Assembly (NCBI RefSeq): GCF_001194135.2
Contig: NC_069004.1
Coordinates: forward strand, 12,845,533-12,909,532
Length of the DNA: 64,000 nt
Direction of reading: 5' to 3'
DNA from: Octopus bimaculoides
Taxonomy: Eukaryota
Shown one piece after another: positions 1 to 11,261 of the stretch. Each line of letters begins with the position of its first letter. The first letter of the stretch is position 1. A program made the position numbers and the translations under genes. A model generated the notes under the pieces. It was not told where the DNA came from. It did not search any database and was given only the letters and a program-made list of their open reading frames with translations.

Positions 1-824
1 ATTTTTCTCCCCATCAACACATTTATGCTTATTAAAGCAAATTTTGAAAATGTATGATTTTTTTTCTTCAATCCTCTCCCCGTTGTTTTTCTCTATGATT
101 TTAAAATATTGGAAAACCTGAAGTCATTGCTGAGGTTTTACCCACAGTGATTTAAAAGCATCAATATACGTGAGAGTGACAAAAGAAACGAATGATGTGC
201 TAGAGGAAGGTCGTGGGATGTGTTAGAAACAACAGTCAGATCTCCCTTTAATCACACATTTTTTCGCCCGAAAATATCTACAGAATTGTTTTTTTTTTTT
301 TTAAAGTGCATAGTGCCCCAAAAATCGACCAGTCGGTTCGGAGGGGGAGGTGAAAAAAATCAATTTTCAAAAAACATTTTTTCTATAAGATGATTCCCCC
401 CATCATTTTGAACGCCGTGGTGAAAAAAATCTTGCAAAAAAAAAATCTCCTATCCTCCACTAGGGGGTTACCATATTTTTACTAAATTATATAAAATATA
501 TATTATGATATTATATATATTGTTCATTTAATGCCCATTTTCTATGCTAATATGAGAAGTTAATTGACTCTTTTACCTGTTTAAGGTAAAAGATTTTTTT
601 TTTTCAAAGGTGCAACAGGAAGTGCATCTAACCTTAGAAAAACCTGCCTCAATGGATTTCATCTAACTCTTGCAAACATGGGAATGTGGTAATCTGTCAG
701 ATCAGAAGCTACTTTAAACGCTTTTGTTTAGTGAAATGGAATGTTGATTTAGTTTTTGGTCAGAACCAAATGAGTTTAATTTTATTTTTTTAATCTTTTC
801 AGGTAAATCTCCATTTAGTTAAAA

Positions 825-873
825 ATGCCTGGGAATATGGATGATTATTTGAAGATAGAGAAGATAGGTGAAG
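825..873 (+). CDS. CDK1: CDK1 coding exon 1
   Basis: [17 protein letters not shown]; acceptor AG at 801-802 implies an upstream UTR exon; donor gtaagt at 874. Confidence 0.93.
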
Positions 874-3800
874 GTAAGTATCATAGTGTTTGTTTACTGA
901 GGTCTCTAGCACGCTGTGACCCCAAAACCTATAACTGAATAAAGTCTTCAGAATTAGCAGTTGTTGATGTAAAATGTGATGGGGAGAGGGCTAGTGATGT
1001 TTGTGGCATTAATCAGTGGTGGTGGTCATAGAACAATAAACTTTTTAGTGACTTGCACGCTCATATTGCATTCTTTGTACTTTCCAAAGATGTCAATTGT
1101 TTGATCTTATAATTATCTCCCTTGTGTGTTTTTTTTTTTAGATCACTGGTTCTCAGCCAGGATGCATATAAGATTTTTTGTTAAAATTTAAGAGCAATAA
1201 ATTGCTTATAATCCTACAATACATCAAATATTTTAACAATTTTTTAAAAATACAATTCCTAATGATATTTAATAATAAAAATATAACAGGATTTTTTAAA
1301 CATAATCTAGCTATGAGGGTTTGCTGGAGTAAAATAACTATTAAGGGTGGGGGCGGGCATAGATAAAATGGTTGAATACCATTGTTTTAGATCTTGAGCA
1401 GCCTTAGAATTTCTAACTAATTGCATGAATAATTTCATTTAATTAAAGATTATCAACTAAGAATATCACACATCCTGCAGTGTCTCACTACAAGTGTTTG
1501 CTAATAAATTTTATCCCAATCTGTTATTAGTTCATGTTATGCTGTCCTCCCAAATATCTTGGTGAATTGTTAGTCCATAAAATCCTACCACCACCACATG
1601 TCCAAGTATATCACTAATCTGTTATGTCACCTCATTCCTAGTATCTCTGTATATTGTTAGTCTGTTACGTCACCTCCAAATAATTTGATAAAAGTTTAAA
1701 TTGATGTTTGCGTTAGGAACCATTTTAGCACTTTTTAATTGGTTCTGTTTAATGGCAGTGTTCTCATGCAAAATACAGACATGTTTATTATTTGGTCAAA
1801 CTTATGGCCTGTATGTCCTTTTTGGTCTAAGACCTTTTTGATATATATATTTTGCACTCATTTACCCAAGTTGTTAGATTGTTTTTTATTCAAGAAAAAA
1901 ATTGTTAAATCATTTCCCTTCTGTTCTTTGCATGTGTTTTTGAAAAGAATCTAATGATAATTAATGAGAAAATTGCTTTATCCTACAAGCTGAATAATTG
2001 GTCAAGTGACTAAAGCGTTTAAAGGGTGATAGTGATTAAGAACCTGTAATATCCATTCTGGTATCATTGCATGTCTCTTCTTTCCTCACACACTCTAGGG
2101 GTTACTATCAGGCTTGCAATCTTAAGTTTTATTTCTCATGTTTCCTTCCATTATTTTGAGTGTCTCTTTTTTCCTTTTCTTTTTTTAAAATTTTTCCCCT
2201 CCTTTACCTTCTCCTCACAGGTACCTATGGTGTTGTGTATAAAGGACGCCATAAAAGAACAAATCGGATTGTTGCATTGAAGAAAATTCGGTTAGAGAGC
2301 GAAGAAGAAGGAATACCATCGACAGCTATCAGAGAAATCTCATTTTTGAGAGAAATGGTACATGACAATATTGTTAGGTGAGCATTTTAGTTGGGTTGAG
2401 TTATAGGGAGCATGCTATTGAGGGCACATGACTTGATGGTTAGGGTATTTGATTCATGATTGCAAGGTCAGGAGTTTGATTCCCAGCAGTACAGTGTGTC
2501 CTTGAGTAAGACACTTTATTTCACATTGCTCTAGTTCACTACTCTGCAACCTTTTCTCACTTTTCAAAATTCAGCAGTACACCTGAGCTAAAAATATAAC
2601 AATAAGTATAGGGGGAAAATTCTTACTGCAGCATACCTAGCATTGTCTCGTGGCACACGTGTGCCATCGCATATGGTTGCAGAGCACTGCTCTAGTCCAC
2701 TCAGCTGGCAAAAATGAGGTGTACTTGTATTCCAAAGGGCCAATGTTGTCATTTTTTGTCACATTGAATTTCCCTGAGAACTACATTAAGGGTACACATA
2801 TCAGTGGAGTGCTCAGCCACTTGCACATTAATTTCTTGATCTGATCAATTGGAACCCTCATCATTGTAAATAACACACAGTGCCAGCAATGCATTGAAGT
2901 ATCAGTAATGGATCTAGCTGGACTTCTGGTGGCTATTTTTTAATGCCTTTTATAAATATTTTTTTTAATTATTAAAAACTTGAATCTTCAAATTTTAGGC
3001 TTTTATGAACCATTTTTCAGTTTTGAGAAAAACATTTTTACTCCTAATTATTCAATGATTTAAGTCATTAAAACTTTTTTAAAATTCTTTCTGACTATTT
3101 TTGTAAATCCTGCTAAGGTTCCAAAGAGTTTTAACAGACACAAAGTTCATTTCTATTGCCATTAACAATAAATTTCTCCAATAGCTGTTGACAGCCAAAT
3201 GATATCACCAATTCTAACTTTGCTTGAATTATTCTCTCTTTACAATTGTCTACAATTTAAATCATTTGTGAATTATTAAAATAATTTATTTTCAGTTTAG
3301 AAGATGTCTTGATGCAAGAAGGAAAATTATATCTTGTCTTTGAATATTTGTCAATGGATCTGAAGAAATATATGGACTCTATACCAAGTGGAAAGTACAT
3401 GGACACTAAACTTGTAAAGGTATATTCTTTTATTGATTTTCATGATTTTGCACATATCAGGCAGCACTCCAGTTATCGTCGTCCTTTAAGGTCCATTTTC
3501 CATGCTGGTATGGGTTAGATGGTTTGACTAGGGCTGGTAAACCAGAGAGCTGCATCAGGCTCCACTCATCTGTTTTAGCTTGGTTTCTATGGTTGGATGC
3601 TCTTCCTAGTGCCAACCACTTCAAAGGGTGTACTGGATGCCTTTTACATGGCACTGGCAATGACCATGATTCACAGCAAATCACCAGGTCTTGGATAAAC
3701 TGCTTTCCAGACTTTCATTATTGAAGATAGCTTTATACTGTTGTGATTGATATAAGAGTGCTTGAGTAGAATTGTTTTTTCTTTTTTTAAATTCTGCACA

Positions 3801-6800
3801 TGATGTCCATCTCATTATTCAAAATAGAACCCTCTCAATCCCACATTTATTCATTTTTGGCTTACCTCAAGGTTCCATTATGTCTCCCACACCATATCTA
3901 ATCTACATCAAAGACCGGCTCACTGTTATCACTATCTGCTCCTGTGCACATCATACTCTTCATTGCCATCATTCTCACCTAGCCAACACACCTCCGACTA
4001 GACCCAGACACTACATCCATCAAGCAAACAGCACTACATCTGTCCTTTTCATAAGCAACTCACTGCTAAAACTTCTCTTTATAAATATTAAACCCGCATA
4101 ACCTTCCATAATGAATACATGGACAACATAGTTATGAGTGAAACTAGGCTGCTGTCTCTTTATGACTAGAAACTAGTTTTACTGTGAATAGTTGCTGAGC
4201 ATTATACAAACCCTCAAATATGTTCCACTTGGAATACACCTCGTATATCACAGACAGTACAAGAACTGCTGAATCATCCAACACATGGCTTATTTGACCA
4301 ATGGCTAGACCTTGTGAATATCCTATAATCGCCGGCAAGCTGTCTTTTCTGTAACAGTATCTTCTTCAAACTAGCATGTCTCCATCTAAAACCACACAAT
4401 GTACTTCGTTCCCCTCCCCCACTTGTACTTCGAGACTCTTTCTACACAATGCTTCCTTTCCGGAATGATTATACAAGAGACAGGAAGCATCTGTTAGTGG
4501 GTTAATGAGTGAAGGAGAAGTCATTGGTATGAGGAGCAGAGAATGATTGCATATGAACCGATGCACCTGTCTCAAATAAAGGAGTAGTACTCTAATGTAG
4601 AGTACAGTTGTACTCTGTATATGGTTAGAACGTCTTAAGAGCCAAAGTATTTACTTATGATTTAACCATATCGTTCTAACTATAATCCTGTAATTGTTCA
4701 GGGCAGGTTCTACTTGTGATATCCATAAGTAAAGAATATATACTTTTGTTGTTGTCCTGAATTATATAGTATGTTTATGGTGTTGAAGGAAATGAAGTTG
4801 TTACATCTCCATTACAAGTTGTTTTCTGAGTTCCTTTTATTCCTTCCTGTGGCTGAAGTAAAATATAGCATCTTATCCAGTTACATGTAGCACTAAGTTA
4901 TTAATGTAGAAGAGGAGGAGTACCATGGGCTTTTTTTTTAAATATTAGTAGCTATCGTTATTTATCATGGCTGGCAGAATCATTAGCATGCCAAGCAAAG
5001 TGCTTGGTGGCATTCAAATTCTACCAAGGTTAACTTTTCCTTTCATCCTTTCAGGGTCAATAAAACAAGTACCAGTTGAACACTTGGGGGGGGGGGATGT
5101 TATCGACTTACCCCCTCCCCCCAAAATTGTTGACCTTGTGCCAAAATTTGTAGCCATTATTAAGACATTGAGCTGGCAGAATCATTAGTGTCAGACACTG
5201 TGACTAACAGTATTTCTTCTGATTCATTATATTCAGAGTTCAAATTCAGCTATGGTCAACTTTGTCTTTCATCCCTCTAGTGCGGTCAATAAAATAAAAG
5301 TACCAGTAAAATGGCAAGCCGAGAGAATTGTTAGCATGGAGGGGAAATTGCTTAGCGGCATTTCATCCATCTTTATGTTCTGAGTTCAAATTCTGCTGAG
5401 GTTGACTTTGTCTTTTACCTTTTCAGGGTCAATAAAATAAGTATCAGGTGAGCACTAGGGTTGATGTAATCAACTTACCCCCTCTCCCAAAATTGCTGGC
5501 CATGTGCCAAAATTCGAAAACATTATTATTGTTATTAGAGTAGTTTGGATGGTAGGATTGTAGTATGTTAAATATTTTGTGTTATTTGTATTTCAACTTA
5601 TTGGTTTGCAGAGTTACCTTCATCAAATTCTGCAAGGAATTCTCTACTGTCACCAGCGCCGACTCCTTCATCGTGATCTGAAACCCCAGAATTTACTTAT
5701 TGATACATCTGGAACTATTAAATTGGCTGACTTTGGTTTAGCCAGAGCATTTGGTATTCCTTGCCGTGCTTACACTCATGAAGTAAGTTGGGTTTTTGTT
5801 TTTTTACGCATTTATTTTTTAACATTTTTATGATCTTCTGGAAGTTTCATTTTTCTTGACCTCTTACTACCAAATAAATGCAGTTAATTACTAACATTTC
5901 ATGGAGTTGTCTAACAAGCAAAAAGGTTTTCTTATTCAAAGAATTAGATCTTTCATTCAGTTAACTGCTCAAATATCAACCACAAACTTCATCTAGAAAG
6001 TTAATTAACCCTTTTGCATTCAGATTACTCTATCAAATGTAAAGCTTATTTATTCACATTGTTTTTGAATAAATTATGCATTATCTTATAGTGTTGAGGT
6101 TTTGATGATTATTTTTAGAATAACAGTGTAGGGTAGATGTGAGGAGTCAGATCTGGCCAGTTTTAAAATTAGATAAAGTATTTGGGTTGGATATGGCTGG
6201 TTAAAATGCTAAACAGTTAATGATTGCTTTATCTCATTTCTATTGAGGGAGTGAGGCTGTCTTTATTCCATAAAAGTATTTGAATTGTTTTTTTTTTTTT
6301 GTTAGGTTGTTACTTTGTGGTATCGTGCCCCAGAAATCCTACTTGGTTATCAACGCTATTCCACAGCCTTAGACATTTGGAGTATTGGTTGTATATTTGC
6401 TGAGATGGTAACAAAACGACCTCTTTTTAATGGTGACTCTGAAATTGACCAGTTATTCAGAATATTTAGGTAACTTTTCTCTTTTCCTCCTTTTATAATA
6501 TTACTTTCATTCTAGCAAAGTTTCTACGAGTTCTTGATATTTCAGTTGGTTGGATTATTGAGATATTGGATCAACTATTTCTCATGTTTTGATGATTTAT
6601 ATATCACAATTTACAATGGACTAGTCCTCCTGACTGGTCCATTGGTAGAATTCTCAAGTGCAATGTTAATATGGCTGGATATTCCTCGGTCAGTTTGGAG
6701 TGATAGCTACATCTGAGAGATGTTGTCTTAAAGAATGGTATAGTGGTTGTGCATTTGGCACAGGTGGTAGAAATGGTTTAGTCATTTATTACTGCCTTTA

Positions 6801-8428
6801 TTTACAGCATAACATCTGGGACATACACATTCTAAAATATTTGCAGCATTTTTCCTACAACACCATTGATAACATTAGCTGATTTACCTTTTATTGTATT
6901 TTGTGAATACATTAATTCATGAATGTAATCTTAAAATTTCCTAACCAGCTCTGTCAAGTGATAAACAATACAAGAAGGTTGTCATGCTGAAATATTCATT
7001 GACAACCTGGTTATTATTGTGGCTACTTGAGTCCTGAGTAAGAGGAAGACAAACCAAACAACTAGATATCACTCACAGATCTGCTGTTCCTCTGTAGCTG
7101 AGAGCTATTTACTTCATGCTTCAACATGTTGAATTGTGTAGCATGGTTTGTAACACTGGATATTATTTTATTTTCAAATGTGCAAATTCACTAGATAATA
7201 CTTTGGTTGTTATGTTGAAATATTCATTGATAACCTAGTTATCTAGAGCAGGGGTTTTCAAACTTTTTGACTTGCGGACTCCTTTATATTTCAGGCTTTA
7301 CCTTATGAAATTTATACGTGAATATTTGCTTAAAATAACATATATTTTTACATTTATTTATTTAACAGTATTTAACAAATAGGTTTATTGTCAATTAAAA
7401 GATTTCGATTAAAAAACATATATAAAATTAAATTGCCCATAAAAAGTATTTGCTGTCCACGGACCCCCCCCCCCCTGTCTTGTCCTTGCGGACCACAGTT
7501 TGAAAACCACTGATCTAGAGAATAACTTAGAGAAAGACAACCAAAAACAACTAGATGTCACTCACAGATCTTTTGTTTCTCTTAACCTGTTCCTCAGTAG
7601 CTGAGAGCTATTACTGTGCACTTCAACATGTTGAATTGTATAGCATGCTATGTAACATTAAATATTGCTTAATTTGAATTTTCACTAAATAACACTTAGG
7701 TAGAGGCATTGTTGCTTGGTTAAGACATTTGGTTTACAACCATGTGGTTTTAGGTTTGATCTCACTCTGTGACACCTTGGGCAACTATAATCTCAGGTTG
7801 GCCAATACTTTAGAAGTAAAATTTGATAGACAGAAACAGTATGGTAGCCTGTTACGTATTTATAATGTGTGGTTTTTATTTCTTCTGTGCCATCACATTA
7901 ACATTGCTCATAAAGAATGGTGAAATACAATATCTTGAAAATACATGATGCCTGGTATCGGGAACTGGCTATAGGATATTGTCTCCTCCAAGTCATGTCT
8001 GCATGAAATGAATAGGGAAAAAAAATGTAAAAACAATGAGTGTTTTTCAGTTCTGTTACTAACCATTCAAATGTGAAGTGGAGGTTGTCTTCTAAGTCAC
8101 ACAATTCATCATCATCATCATTTGCCTGTCTTCCATGTTGGCATGAGTTGGACAGTGTGGCAAACCGTAGGGCTGCACCAGGCTTTATTTTTCAATGGCT
8201 GTTACAAGGCTGTAGCCTGAGGTTTAATTTAAGCTATTATCTTTTACTTGTTTCAGTCATTTGATTGTGGCCATTCTGGGGCACCACCTTGAAGTATTTT
8301 TTACACGTATGACTTGACCCCAGTATTTATTTTAAGCCTGGTACTTGTTCTATCCGTCTCTGTTGCCGAACCGCCAAGCTACACAGATGTAAAGATGCCA
8401 ACATCAGTTGTCAAGCAGTGGTGGGGGA

Positions 8429-8471
<43 letters not shown>

Positions 8472-9067
8472 ATACAATGGGCTTCTTCCAGTTTCCATCT
8501 ACCAAATCCACTCACAAAGTTTTGGTCAACCAAGACTATAGTAAAAGACACTTGCCCAAGATGCCTTGCAGTGGGACTGAACCCAAAACCATGTGGTTGG
8601 GGAGCAAGCTTCTTACCACACAGCCACACTTGCACTTAATAGATATGATGTTCATGCTTTTTTTTTTATTATTATGCAGGACTTTATCAACCCCAAATGA
8701 AGAATCTTGGCCTGGAGTAACAAATTTCCCAGATTACAAAGCATCTTTCCCACAGTGGAAAGTCAACAATTTGGAAACAGCTGTTAAAACTGATGTTGCC
8801 ATGGAGTCTGCTGGTCTTGATTTGTTACAGGTCAGTGTGCAATGAGATTTTCTTTGATGATGTATTTTTGTTGGCGTGATTAAGATTGGATCAAAGTCAA
8901 TGACAGCAAGAGTTGCCGTTCTTTCTTTGGCTACACATGAAGTAATACATTGAACCTCAGTTTTTCTACCAAAATATTGTCTGCACCGTAGAGATAGTTT
9001 CCCTGACAGACCAACAAGGTTAAGCTTCTCACTAACAGTGAACTTAAAGTATCTCTGTATGTATGTA

Positions 9068-9104
<37 letters not shown>

Positions 9105-10618
9105 TATTTTGTTTAAAAGAGTTCCAACACTGTCTGTTTTTTATGTTTTATTTATATTCCTGCAAAACCAATGTGGGATATGGAATATACAATATATAAT
9201 ATAAAATAAAAATGGATGGTACTATGAAATAAAGTATTGAATGTCTTATTGAATATATGGAATATGTCTTATTGAATANNNNNNNNNNNNNNNNNNNNNN
9301 NNNNNNNNNNNNNNNNNNNNNNNNNNNNNNNNNNNNNNNNNNNNNNNNNNNNNNNNNNNNNNNNNNNNNNNNNNNNNNNNNNNNNNNNNNNNNNNNNNNN
9401 NNNNNNNNNNNNNNNNNNNNNNNNNNNNNNNNNNNNNNNNNNNNNNNNNNNNNNNNNNNNNNNNNNNNNNNNNNNNNNNNNNNNNNNNNNNNNNNNNNNN
9501 NNNNNNNNNNNNNNNNNNNNNNNNNNNNNNNNNNNNNNNNNNNNNNNNNNNNNNNNNNNNNNNNNNNNNNNNNNNNNNNNNNNNNNNNNNNNNNNNNNNN
9601 NNNNNNNNNNNNNNNNNNNNNNNNNNNNNNNNNNNNNNNNNNNNNNNNNNNNNNNNNNNNNNNNNNNNNNNNNNNNNNNNNNNNNNNNNNNNNNNNNNNN
9701 NNNNNNNNNNNNNNNNNNNNNNNNNNNNNNNNNNNNNNNNNNNNNNNNNNNNNNNNNNNNNNNNNNNNNNNNNNNNNNNNNNNNNNNNNNNNNNNNNNNN
9801 NNNNNNNNNNNNNNNNNNNNNNNNNNNNNNNNNNNNNNNNNNNNNNNNNNNNNNNNNNNNNNNNNNNNNNNNNNNNNNNNNNNNNNNNNNNNNNNNNNNN
9901 NNNNNNNNNNNNNNNNNNNNNNNNNNNNNNNNNNNNNNNNNNNNNNNNNNNNNNNNNNNNNNNNNNNNNNNNNNNNNNNNNNNNNNNNNNNNNNNNTATA
10001 TATATATATATAATCTACCTACGTACCTGTCTTTTGTGTTGTGCTAAGAGAAGTAACTCTAATATAATAAGAAACAGTTGGTAGTTGTAGTAGTGGTGGG
10101 CTGGTTGATAATGGTGAGTGAAGAAAGATAGAGAGAAATGAAATATGAAAAAAAAAAACATAAGAGATAAAAGGGTGATGACAACGGTGACAACTTTAAT
10201 ATCTTTTCCTTCTTTCTCTATCTTACCTGACATTTACCATTGTCTCCACCATTGCAATAATAAGACAACCACAGTTCCTTATTTGTGCTAAGCTCTTTTA
10301 CTGTGTTGAATTTTAACCTTGGTGCAAAAATCCCTTTTACTTAAGTGTTGTTCAGTATGGTTTAGAAACCTAGACAATGTTACTTTTGACTTAGAAACTT
10401 CTATCTGAAGTGTTTTGTTTAAATCTGACATCACCATCACCATCATCGTCGTCATTTCTTGATTTGCAATTACTCCTTTCTGTGACTAATCATTAATGTT
10501 GTTCTTTCTCTAATTTCAGAAAATGTTGACTTACGACCCCCATAAGAGAGTGGCTGCCAAAACTGCAATAAACCACAGCTACTTCAATGACTTAGAAAAT
10601 TTCTCTCCTGTACTCTAG
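825..10618 (+). CDS. CDK1: Cyclin-dependent kinase 1, 7 coding exons: 825-873, 2221-2377, 3296-3419, 5612-5782, 6306-6469, 8680-8830, 10520-10618 (915 nt, 304 aa; second in-frame ATG at 837)
   Basis: GEGTYG (T14/Y15), PSTAIRE helix, [15 protein letters not shown] activation segment, [13 protein letters not shown]. All introns are GT-AG with matching phases. Exon lengths match those recalled for human CDK1. Confidence 0.97.
2221..2377 (+). CDS. CDK1: CDK1 coding exon 2
   Basis: GTYGVVYKG...[20 protein letters not shown]; 157 nt. Confidence 0.97.
2420..2880 (+). mobile_element. tRNA-headed SINE, decayed (related copies near 11430-11720 -, 39930-40200 -, 49120-49420 +)
   Basis: A/B-box-like head (gagtttgattccc) plus a shared body (gtggagtgctcagccacttgcac) that recurs in the window. 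Confidence 0.7.
3296..3419 (+). CDS. CDK1: CDK1 coding exon 3
   Basis: [26 protein letters not shown]...LVK; 124 nt. Confidence 0.97.
4965..5520 (+). mobile_element. Two adjacent SINE copies of the ggcagaatc...gagttcaaattc family (also near 13990, 21545, 43290, 48322, 59583)
   Basis: Recurrent ~200 nt consensus with B-box-like gagttcaaattc and an aataaaataagtaccag motif. Confidence 0.75.
5612..5782 (+). CDS. CDK1: CDK1 coding exon 4
   Basis: SYLHQILQG...HRDLKPQN...[18 protein letters not shown]; 171 nt. Confidence 0.97.
6306..6469 (+). CDS. CDK1: CDK1 coding exon 5
   Basis: [10 protein letters not shown]...[12 protein letters not shown]; 164 nt. Confidence 0.97.
7249..7512. mobile_element. 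hAT-type MITE with perfect 8-bp TSD ATCTAGAG
   Basis: TIRs caggggttttcaaact / agtttgaaaaccactg; TSD at 7241-7248 and 7513-7520. Confidence 0.9.
8240..8630 (-). mobile_element. tRNA-headed SINE with internal (CA)n (family also near 17050-17365, 25170-25555, 30170-30830, 53265-53645, 63000-63490)
   Basis: Head ggctgtgtggtaag...ggttcagtcccact on the minus strand; many near-identical copies in the window. Confidence 0.8.
8680..8830 (+). CDS. CDK1: CDK1 coding exon 6
   Basis: [14 protein letters not shown]...AGLDLLQ; 151 nt. Confidence 0.96.
10520..10618 (+). CDS. CDK1: CDK1 last coding exon
   Basis: [35 protein letters not shown]; 99 nt. Confidence 0.95.
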   Translation, partial: KMLTYDPHKRVAAKTAINHSYFNDLENFSPVL

Positions 10619-10929
10619 ATGGCTTCCATATTCCAGTTGACTGACTCTGATTTGTGATACAACTATTGTACAGATGCCAAAGAGATTGTCTGTTTTGGTA
10701 ATGAGTGTGATTGGTGTGTGTGACTCTGACTGTTTGCTCATTCTTTTCTTGTGAAAGTTTTCTTCCTGTCTTCTCCATTTTCATTTCTTTGGCACTACGT
10801 AAAACCATTTGAGCTTGTTACTGAGGTGATTGTAGTTATATTTTGATGGGAGACCCACCGTCAACTTGTCTTTAAATGGTTACAAACTTGAGATATCCTA
10901 ACATTTATGTAATATACTCATTGTTTTGG

Positions 10930-10935
10930 AATAAA
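10930..10935 (+). terminator. Candidate CDK1 polyadenylation signal AATAAA
   Basis: AATAAA about 310 nt after the stop, followed by T-rich sequence. Confidence 0.5.
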
Positions 10936-11046
10936 ATACTTTTTTCTTTATTAGTGTATAGATAATGAAATTAGTCTTGTCTTTTTTATTGTTTTTTCAA
11001 TCCAATAGGTTTGTCTGTTGACCTGCAATGTCTCTTACCTGTTTAA

Positions 11047-11261
11047 CTCTTTAGCATTTAAACCAGCCATATCCACCCTAAATATTCTACCTATTTTTTT
11101 TGTTCAAACTGGCCAGATCTGGACTCTCACACCTGCCTTACAATGTCATTCTAAAAGCTTATACAATCACATTTTGAAACTGTAAGATGATGCATGATTA
11201 ATTCAAAGCACTCTGAATAAATAGGCATCACATTTGACAAAATAATCTAAATGCTAAAGGG
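11047..11261. mobile_element. piggyBac-like MITE with TTAA TSD (related copies near 6005-6219 and 55100-55575)
   Basis: TTAA-ctctttagcatt ... aatgctaaaggg-TTAA. Confidence 0.75.
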
